NCBI GenBank assembly: GCA_965115835.1
Contig: OZ220471.1
Coordinates: forward strand, 1,095,037 to 1,159,036
Direction: 5' to 3'
Origin: Gammaproteobacteria bacterium
GTDB taxonomy: Bacteria > Pseudomonadota > Gammaproteobacteria > Steroidobacterales > Foliamicaceae
DNA: 64,000 nucleotides
Shown piece after piece: positions 28,624 through 36,098 of this stretch. Each line of letters starts with the position of its first letter. Position 1 is the stretch's first letter. The notes below the pieces were generated by a model that saw nothing but the letters and a program-made list of their open reading frames with translations, did not search any database and was not told the DNA's origin. Position numbers and translations under genes: made by a program.

Positions 28624-28800
28624 TCATCCCTCCCCCGCTTCCCTCCAACTCCCGGTCTCCGCGACTTCGCGGTCGGGACAACGGCGGGTCCAATCGTCGG
28701 CGAGGGTCTCACGCACGGACGGAACGTCGATGCCCAGTTCCGCGAGCAAGGCGTCGCCGGTGGGGGTGATAAGGTCGTAGTCGGTGTCGGGTGCAAACAT
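28624..28800 (-). CDS. small hypothetical protein (58 aa)
   Basis: MFAPDTDYDLITPTGDALLAELGIDVPSVRETLADDW... with AAGGAGA upstream. The N-terminal 30 aa are conserved with 40178-40456. Confidence 0.5.
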   Translation of the reverse strand: MFAPDTDYDLITPTGDALLAELGIDVPSVRETLADDWTRRCPDREVAETGSWREAGEG

Positions 28801-29027
28801 GCGGGTCTCCTTCGGTGGTCGCGCCCGGGACGGGGGAGCCTTTCTCCCTCCACTCTCCCGGACGCTTGCCCGGCGCTTCGCGAAACTCCGACTCTTGAGA
28901 ACAGCAACAGGAATGCGACGGCGCGGTAATCGGCACAGACGGCAGGTCAATCCGGGACGGCGCCCCCCGCAGGCGTGCCGAGCAGACGCCAAGGCTGAAA
29001 GCCCCCTGCAACCGCTGTCCGCCGGCG

Positions 29028-30047
29028 TCACTCCCAGCCCGTCAGGGTGGCGAGCGGATGCACATCGCGGATCACCACGACCTGATCCCCGGACAGCTTC
29101 TCGAAGGCGATGAAGGCAGCCGCCTCCATCTCGTCGTCGAAGGTTCCCAGACACTCCTCCGTTGCGACCAGGATTACCGCGAAGCTCGGCGGATACACCG
29201 GCATGCCGCGGACATGACCGGAGCGTTCATACGACCGGCGGGCGCAAGTCTCGCAACGAGCTGCCCCGTGGGAAGGAGCGCCGCAATGCGTGCATCGGCG
29301 GGCCGCCCTGCGGCTCCAGTACCGGCGTCGCGAGGCGGCGTTTTTCCGTTCGGGCGAACCGCGCTCGGCCTCCAGGGCGGAACAGGGCGCACAGCGGGAG
29401 CCGCCGTCGCTCGCAGGCCCTCCGCACACTGTGCATAACCGGGCGGCGCGCCGGGCCGCATACAGTTCGCGCTCGGCGGCTTGGCGAACCTCCCGGCACG
29501 GTTCGCATGTTGTGCCGCCGGCGGCGGGCGGACGGCAGCCGCACCGTACGCACACCCCGGCATCAAGCCGTGCTTGCCGGCGTTTCCGGCTCGCGGCGCG
29601 GGCGCTTCTGCGCTTGGCCCGCACATTCTTGCCGCCGTACTTCAGCCCCGCCGACCGCGCTCTGGCGTACCGGATGCGTTCGGCCTCGCGCCTCTTTTTG
29701 GCGCACCATTCGCACAGGCGGCGGGCGGGCTCGGCAGGCTGCTGCCCGCACTTGAGGCACAACCCCGCCTCACGGCGCCGATCGGCCTGCCGGCGCGCCC
29801 GCTCGCGCTCGCAGGCTTTCGCCCGCACGGGATCGCGTCGGGGCTTCCCGGCAGCGCGCAGCCGGGCGTCTCGCGCACGGTCGGCGGCGCGAGATCGCTC
29901 ATTGCACGGCTCACAAATACTTCGATCGGGCGCAGGCCGGCGCTTTCCGCACTTCGGGCACAAGCCGGCGGTGCGCCGTTCGGCAGTACGCCGGGCCACC
30001 CGCTCGCGGTCGCGCACCCGACGCATCTCGGGGTTCTTCCAAGGCAT
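29028..30047 (-). CDS. Arg-rich protein with five tandem CxxC...CxxC zinc-ribbon repeats (339 aa, copy B)
   Basis: Repeats read GLCPKCGKRRPAPDRSICEPC, GLCLKCGQQPAEPARRLCEWC, GVCVRCGCRPPAAGGTTCEPC, CTVCGGPASDGGSRCAPC, CTHCGAPSHGAARCETC. Each is followed by an Arg/Ala helix. An acidic approximately 60-aa C-terminal domain follows. Start MPWKNPEM at 30047. Confidence 0.7.
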   Translation of the reverse strand: MPWKNPEMRRVRDRERVARRTAERRTAGLCPKCGKRRPAPDRSICEPCNERSRAADRARDARLRAAGKPRRDPVRAKACERERARRQADRRREAGLCLKCGQQPAEPARRLCEWCAKKRREAERIRYARARSAGLKYGGKNVRAKRRSARAASRKRRQARLDAGVCVRCGCRPPAAGGTTCEPCREVRQAAERELYAARRAARLCTVCGGPASDGGSRCAPCSALEAERGSPERKNAASRRRYWSRRAARRCTHCGAPSHGAARCETCARRSYERSGHVRGMPVYPPSFAVILVATEECLGTFDDEMEAAAFIAFEKLSGDQVVVIRDVHPLATLTGWE

Positions 30048-30134
30048 GAGGGCATCTCCAGTCTCGGTGGAAGTCGGGACGGCAGGACACCCTGCCGGCA
30101 AAGGACCGGCGGGGCGTTCCAGGGAGCTTGCCCT

Positions 30135-30461
30135 TCAGCCCTTCTGGCGACGCTCCACAAAGATGCCCATGGCCCGCCAGCCCCACAGCTGCACCCCGCA
30201 ATTGCGCTGCTTGATCCCCGTTGCGATGATGATCTCGTCGCGGGCCGGGCGCATCTTCTCGACCTCTTTCAGCGAGACAATGACCAAGCGCGGCTTGCGC
30301 CGTCCTTTCGGTCTGGCGCCGTCGGTCTCGACGGGAACGATGTCGCCGTCCGCTCGGGACAGGTAGCGCTGAATGACGTAGCGGTCGTCGTCGAGTCCGC
30401 TGCCTGTGAAGTGGGTGAGAAAGGTGCGCGCGTCGCCGCGCGGTGCAAGTGCCGCCTGCAT
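30135..30461 (-). CDS. conserved hypothetical protein (108 aa), first gene of module B
   Basis: MQAALAPRGDARTFLTHFTGSGLDDDRYVIQRYLSRADGDIVPVE... with GAGGAG upstream. 95% identical paralogue at 41791-42117. Confidence 0.6.
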   Translation of the reverse strand: MQAALAPRGDARTFLTHFTGSGLDDDRYVIQRYLSRADGDIVPVETDGARPKGRRKPRLVIVSLKEVEKMRPARDEIIIATGIKQRNCGVQLWGWRAMGIFVERRQKG

Positions 30462-30785
30462 CGTGCCGTGCTCCTCAAGGTCAGGTGAAAGGGAACGGCG
30501 GCAGCGACTTCCTCGGGAGCGCGACCGCCGTCCCCCTTCCGGCCAGACTCCGCCTCTCGATGGCGCAAGGCGACGCAGCGGCGCAGGCAAATGACAGCCC
30601 CTGCGACGGCTATGCCTATACCGACTGGCGTGGCGGATGCCCGGCACCAACCATGTTTGTTGGAATGGCTGCTGCCACTACCGTCTTGTGCCCCTCGGGA
30701 AAGCGCCCAAAGCGCTTCTGTGTGATTACTGGCGAGGCCAGCAATTCCCGCTAACGATGCAGAGTCGTTCGTTCAGGGCCGGATG

Positions 30786-32527
30786 CCTAGCCCGCATATT
30801 TCACCGAATGGGAGAGATGGGGCCTTGAACTGTATAATAATCAGTGTCTTAAATGACCTATACAGGAGGCCCCAATGGTGACACAGTGTACCCCAAAATC
30901 CCTTTCTTTTTCCCCCTCCGGTCGACGTCAGGTAATCGGTCGATTCGATGGCGGTCCGATGACCTCGGACGCGGGGGGTCTGCTGCTGCGCGAGACGGAT
31001 TTTCGCATCGGGCTGTCGAGGCGTTTGAAGTCGTGCTTTGCGGACTACCGCAACCCCAACAGTGTGGAGCACAGGCTGCGGCCATTGCTGGCGCAGCGGG
31101 TGATCGGTCTGGCGCTGGGTTACGAGGATCTCAACGACCATGACGAGTTGCGCCGCGATCCGTTGATGGCGTTGCTGGTGGGGCGCTCGGACGGGACGGG
31201 TGCGCGCCGGGCACGCCGTGCGCGTCGGGCACGCCGTCGCAACGGTGACCGTGCGCTGGCCGGTTCAAGCACCTTGAATCGCCTGGAGTTGGGCGACGAA
31301 GGAGCGGCTTGGGATCGCTACAAGCGCATTGTTGGGAACCCGAAGGCGATGGACCGGTTGCTGGTGGATGTGTTCATGGAGTCTTATGCCAAGCCGCCGG
31401 AGGCGATCTGGCTGGATTTGGATGCGACCGACGACCCGCTGCACGGCAATCAGCAGGGGCGATTTTTCCATGGCTACTATGGGCAGTATTGCTATCTGCC
31501 TTTGTATATCTTTTGCGGCGAGCACCTGCTGTGTGCCCGCCTTCGCGAGGCGGATGTGGATCCCGCCGCCGGCAGCGTGGAAGAGTTGGAGCGGATCGTT
31601 GGGCAGATTCGCACAAGGTGGCCGAGCGTTCCCATCGTCGTGCGGGGCGACTCGGGGTTTTGCCGGGAGGCCATCATGGCCTGGTGCGAGCAACACGGCG
31701 TGGAGTATGTCTTGGGGCTGGGAGGCAATGCCCGATTGGTGAAACGGATCGACAAGGCGCTGCGCAAGTCCCGCGCCCGTCACGTGGCCACCGGGCAGCC
31801 GTCGCGGCGATTCCGGTCGTTTCGATACCGCACGCGCAAAACCTGGGGTCGAGCGCGGCGTGTGGTGGGCAAGGCGGAATGGTTGGCCAAGGGAGCCAAC
31901 CCACGGTTTGTGGTCACCAGCCTGCCCTGCCAGGTCGCCGGCGCCCAGCATTTGTATGAGGATCTTTATTGCGCCCGCGGCGAGATGGAGAACCGGATCA
32001 AGGAACAGCAACTGGGCCTGTTCGCCGACCGCACCAGCAGCGCCAGCATGCGGGCCAACCAACTGCGGCTGTACTTTGCCTCGTTCGCCTATGTGCTGAT
32101 GCAGGGTCTGCGGCGGCTGGGACTGGCCGGTACCGCCTGGGCCAAGGCGCAATGCACCACGATCCGGTTGCAATGGCTGAAGCTGGCTGCGCGTGTGCGG
32201 ATCACCGCGCGCAAGGTCTGGCTGTCGTTCTCCGAGTCCTACCCCCGCGCGGAGGCCTTCGGGCAGATCCTGGAGCGCCTGCGCACCCATCCGCCCTGGC
32301 AAGCAACCGGGTAAAGCCCCTTTGCATGCCCTTTTGCCCGGCGAGCACCCTCGCCGATGGCTTCCTTCGCACGGCATCCGCACCATCCTCCGAAACAGCG
32401 CGAAAACTACCGTTTCAACGCTTGCCACCATCCACTCGAAGCCTCGATCAAGGCTGGCTCATCCCAAAAACCGCCCCCAACGCCAAATTGGGCCTATCCA
32501 TGCAATTGGTGAAATATGCGGGCTAGG
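30786..32527 (+). mobile_element. IS1380-family insertion sequence, complete
   Basis: Perfect 20-bp terminal inverted repeats: CCTAGCCCGCATATTTCACC (30786-30805) and its reverse complement ending at 32527. Single 479-aa transposase. TSD not resolved. Confidence 0.85.
30875..32314 (+). CDS. IS1380-family transposase
   Basis: Typical N-terminus ...GRFDGGPMTSDAGGLLLRETD...LAQRVIGLALGYEDLNDHDELRRDPL... and DDE region ...WLDLDATDDPLHGNQQGRFFHGYY...VVRGDSGFC.... Confidence 0.9.
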   Translation: MVTQCTPKSLSFSPSGRRQVIGRFDGGPMTSDAGGLLLRETDFRIGLSRRLKSCFADYRNPNSVEHRLRPLLAQRVIGLALGYEDLNDHDELRRDPLMALLVGRSDGTGARRARRARRARRRNGDRALAGSSTLNRLELGDEGAAWDRYKRIVGNPKAMDRLLVDVFMESYAKPPEAIWLDLDATDDPLHGNQQGRFFHGYYGQYCYLPLYIFCGEHLLCARLREADVDPAAGSVEELERIVGQIRTRWPSVPIVVRGDSGFCREAIMAWCEQHGVEYVLGLGGNARLVKRIDKALRKSRARHVATGQPSRRFRSFRYRTRKTWGRARRVVGKAEWLAKGANPRFVVTSLPCQVAGAQHLYEDLYCARGEMENRIKEQQLGLFADRTSSASMRANQLRLYFASFAYVLMQGLRRLGLAGTAWAKAQCTTIRLQWLKLAARVRITARKVWLSFSESYPRAEAFGQILERLRTHPPWQATG

Positions 32528-32602
32528 GTTGTGACCATTCAGGCGTTGGACCGGAACTGATTTTCGAGCATTGTCACGCTTGGCAGGAATTGCTGTGGCG
32601 AG

Positions 32603-34502
32603 CAGGACCATTCCAAAGTCGTGGCGAGTCCAGCTCTATGCGCCGAGGTGCAGCGAGATGGTCCGTGCGTGGTCCGCTGGCGCGTCGGATGCCGTGGTTT
32701 CAGCGGCCGAAGCCGCGTCGGGTGATCTGCCGCATTGCGTCGCCCTGTCGGGCGGCGAAGTGGCGGTGGACTTGCGGCATGTAGTCGAATCGTTCGTCGA
32801 GTCGCACGATCAAGATGGCCGCGTTTACGAGGCAAGCGAGGTTGCGGCGGAGACGCTTTGCCTTGACGCGGTTGCGGTCCTCGTCGTAACTGACGTCTCG
32901 CACATAGTGCAGCCGGTTCTCGATCTCCCAATGGCCCCGGTTGAGGCGAAGCAATTCACTCGCCGATGCCTGTTCCGGCCCCAGCGAGGTGACGCCGTAC
33001 ACGGTTTCGGTCGAGGTGCGCCGGGTGCGCAGGACATGCCGTTCGCGCTCAATGCGGATGGCTTGGCGGCGGTGAGGCATCGCAACGCAATCGGGCGAGA
33101 CGAGATCGAGAGGGATCACCCGACAGCGGCGGGTCTCGATGCGTTCATGCCCCTTCTCGACCGTCTTGTGCCCGGTGGCCGCGACTTGCGCGGCCTCCCA
33201 GTCGAGGCCCGAGGTCAGGCCGTCAAGCAGTTCCTGCTGGTTGCCCTTGACCGTCATCAGGTAGAACCCGCCGCGCTCGGCGATCAATTGCGCCGTCTTG
33301 CGCTGCGTGTGCAGGGCGTCGAGCGTCACCACCCGATCCTGGATGTCGAGACGCTGCAGCAGCGCGCGCGCACCCAGAATCTCGCCGCCAGCCCCGTCGC
33401 AGGCCTCCTGACCGCAGACCAGACCGCTGCCGTGCTCGACCACCGCCACCAGCACGCGCTCGCTGTCCTTGCCCTGGATCCACTCTGCCGCAGTCACCTT
33501 GCCGTCAACCGCAACCGCGCCGTGCGGAGACCGGTTCTGCTCAATGAAGCGGCTCAGCGCTTCGTCGAGCACTTCCGGAGCAACCTGCGACAGCACCCGG
33601 TGAAACGAGGTTCGCGACGGCGCGACATAGCGCTTGCGGCTCGGACTCCAGAACGCCCGTACCGCCGCCAGTTGCGCCTGGGTCAGACGAGCAGCGAACT
33701 CCCCGATCGTCACCACCCCGCGCACCCCTGCCAGCTTCGCCGCCAGAGCAATCGAAAAGATCGTCGCCAACGAGTGGCGGATGCCCCGCGCCTTGCGATA
33801 CTCCGGCACTTGGCGGAAAAACTCATACAGGCTCCTGAGACGCTCGACCTCCGGCAGTCGCGGCGGCGCCGCGACCAGCCCCCACTCCTCGTCGTCCTCC
33901 GGCTGGCGCAAGGCCGTGCATGCCGACGAGCGCAACTCCCGTATCAGCACCCTCTTCGGCTCGCCGTGCTCGCGCCAGCCACCCCCCGGAACCCGCGCAT
34001 AGCCGCGCGTCCTGCCAATCTCCCGCCAGTTGGCGGCACGGTAGCAGGTTCCGCTGAACCGGGCCGGATCGACGAAGGTCTCCGCCAGCAACACCGGATG
34101 GCCGGTCTGCGCCTTCATGTCCTGCGACAGCCGACGCAGCGACAAGCCGAGAACCCGCGAGGCGAGATTGGGCGCGCGAGCGCCCGGCAGCACCAGAAAC
34201 CGCGTGTTGTCCGCGACCAGCCGCAGCCGACGAAACTGCTGCTCGCGAGTCCAGCCGATCAGACGATCACGCACTCCGACCTTGAACGAACCCGCATGCC
34301 AGCCCAGCAGCGCCAGCCAGGTCCCGTCCGGCAACTCCGCGACCTGACGGACACCGCCACCAACCAGACCACGAAACCCAAGATAGTGGTGACGGGACAT
34401 CAGCACATCCCAGCGAGCGGACTCGGCTCGATCCGTCACCGGCCGCACCGACACCTCCGCCAGATCGAACCTGGACCAAGCAACTGACATCTCCATCGCC
34501 GA
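32603..34502 (-). mobile_element. ISAs1-like element copy 1 (lacks its 5' terminal repeat)
   Basis: The right-end sequence CAGGACCATTCCAAAGTCGTGGCGAG lies at 32603. Only 7 bp remain upstream of the transposase ATG before another IS end begins. It lacks a roughly 110-bp 3'-UTR segment present in the other copies. Confidence 0.8.
32700..34496 (-). CDS. transposase: DUF4338-like N-terminal domain fused to an ISAs1-family DDE domain (598 aa)
   Basis: N-terminus ...MSRHHYLGFRGLVGGG...LGWHAGSFKVGVRDRLIGWT...NNTRFLVLPG...NLASRVLG...LAETFVDPARFSGTCYRAANW (DUF4338-like, from memory). C-terminus ...VAVDGKV...VTLDALHTQRKTAQ...HWEIENRLHYVRDVSYDEDRNRV (ISAs1/H-repeat type). Confidence 0.85.
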   Translation of the reverse strand: MEMSVAWSRFDLAEVSVRPVTDRAESARWDVLMSRHHYLGFRGLVGGGVRQVAELPDGTWLALLGWHAGSFKVGVRDRLIGWTREQQFRRLRLVADNTRFLVLPGARAPNLASRVLGLSLRRLSQDMKAQTGHPVLLAETFVDPARFSGTCYRAANWREIGRTRGYARVPGGGWREHGEPKRVLIRELRSSACTALRQPEDDEEWGLVAAPPRLPEVERLRSLYEFFRQVPEYRKARGIRHSLATIFSIALAAKLAGVRGVVTIGEFAARLTQAQLAAVRAFWSPSRKRYVAPSRTSFHRVLSQVAPEVLDEALSRFIEQNRSPHGAVAVDGKVTAAEWIQGKDSERVLVAVVEHGSGLVCGQEACDGAGGEILGARALLQRLDIQDRVVTLDALHTQRKTAQLIAERGGFYLMTVKGNQQELLDGLTSGLDWEAAQVAATGHKTVEKGHERIETRRCRVIPLDLVSPDCVAMPHRRQAIRIERERHVLRTRRTSTETVYGVTSLGPEQASASELLRLNRGHWEIENRLHYVRDVSYDEDRNRVKAKRLRRNLACLVNAAILIVRLDERFDYMPQVHRHFAARQGDAMRQITRRGFGR

Positions 34503-34708
34503 CAGGACCATTCCAAAGTCGTGGCGAGTCCAAGTTCGTGCGCCGAGGTGCAGCGAGATGGTCCGTGCGTGGTCCGCTGGCGCGTCGGGTAGTCGGGGAT
34601 TTTGGCAGGCCGGCGCTTTCCGGGCCGTCGGTTCCAGGCTTTTTGGCGGCCCGCGTCGTCGAGTGACGCAGTTCGGGCAGAGTGGGTGCGTCGTATGCCG
34701 TCGTTTCA
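34503..34708 (-). mobile_element. inverted ISAs1-like 3'-end fragment (stop codon plus 3' UTR plus terminal repeat)
   Basis: The reverse complement of 34503-34708 matches 37988-38193 of copy 3. It is joined head-on at 34708 to the middle of another transposase copy. Confidence 0.65.
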
Positions 34709-36087
34709 GTCGCGGCGCCGCCGCGACTGCCGGAGGTCGAGCGTCTCAGGAGCCTGTATGAGTTTCTCCGCCAAGTGCCGGAATATCGCAAGGCGCGGGG
34801 TATCCGCCACTCGTTGGCGACGATCTTTTCGATTGCTCTGGCGGCGAAGCTGGCGGGGGTGCGCGGGGTGGTGACGATCGGGGAGTTCGCTGCACATCTG
34901 ACCCAGGCGCAACTGGCGGCGGTGCGGGCGTTTTGGAGTCCCAGCCGCAAGCGCTATGTCGCGCCGTCGCGAACCTCGTTTTACCGGGTGCTGTCGCAGG
35001 TTGCTCCGGAAGTGCTCGACGAAGCGCTGAGCCGCTTCATCGAGCAGAACCGGTCTCCGCACGGCGCGGTTGCGGTTGACGGCAAGGTGACTGCGGCGGA
35101 GTGGATCCAGGGCAAGGACAGCGAGCGCGTGCTGGTGGCGGCGGTCGAGCACGGCAGCGGTCTGGTCTGCGGTCAGGAGGCCTGCGACGGGGCCGGCGGC
35201 GAGATTCTGGGTGCGCGCGCGCTGCTGCAGCGTCTCGACATCCAGGATCGGGTGGTAACGCTCGACGCCCTGCACACGCAGCGCAAGACCGCGCAATTGA
35301 TCGCCGAGCGCGGCGGGTTCTACCTGATGACGGTCAAGGGCAACCAGCAGGAACTGCTCGACGGCCTGGCCTCGGGCCTCGACTGGGAGGCCGCGCAAGT
35401 CGCGGCCACCGAGCACGAGACGGTCGAGAAGGGGCATGGACGCATCGAGACCCGCCGCTGTCGGGTGATCCCTCTCGATCTCGTCTCGCCCGATTGCGTT
35501 GCGATGCCCCACCGCCGCCAAGCCATCCGCATTGAGCGCGAACGGCATGTCCTGCGCACCCGGCGCACCTCGACCGAAACCGTGTACGGCGTCACCTCGC
35601 TGGGGCCGGAACAGGCCTCGGCGAGTGAATTGCTTCGCCTCAACCGAGGCCATTGGGAGATCGAGAACCGGCTGCACTATGTGCGTGATGTCAGCTACGA
35701 CGAAGACCGCAACCGCGTCAAGGCAAAGCGTCTGCGCCGCAACCTCGCCTGTCTCGCAAACGCGGCCATCTCGATCGTGCGACTCGACGAACGATTCGAC
35801 TACATGTCCCAGGCTCACCGCCACTTCGCCGCCCGACAGGGCGACGCCATGCGACAAGTCACCCGACGCGGCTTCGGCCGCTGAAACGACGGCATCCGAC
35901 GCCTCCACTCCGCCCGAACTGCGTCACCCGACGACGCGGGCCGCCAAAAAGCCCAGAACCGACGGCCCGGAAAGCGCCGGCCTGCCGAAATCCCCGACTA
36001 CCCGACGCGCCAGCGGACCACATACGGACCATCTCGCTGCGCCTCAGCGCACGAACTTGGACTCACCGCGACTTTGGAATGGTCCTG
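34708..36087 (+). pseudogene. ISAs1-like element copy 2, 5'-truncated (transposase codons about 205-598 plus 3' end)
   Basis: Begins at ...VAAPPRLPEVERLRSLYEF. It is collinear with copy 3 from 36812 onward and ends with ...GACTTTGGAATGGTCCTG at 36087. Confidence 0.75.
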
Positions 36088-36098
36088 GTGGAACCGGT

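Larger units (their letters stand above)
30739..32595. mobile_element. MITE-like approximately 120-bp element (13-bp terminal inverted repeats) interrupted by IS1380
   Basis: 30739-30785 plus 32528-32595 together align with the uninterrupted copy at 60200-60320. Termini are CAGCAATTCCCGC and GCAGGAATTGCTG (reverse complements with one mismatch). Confidence 0.55.
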
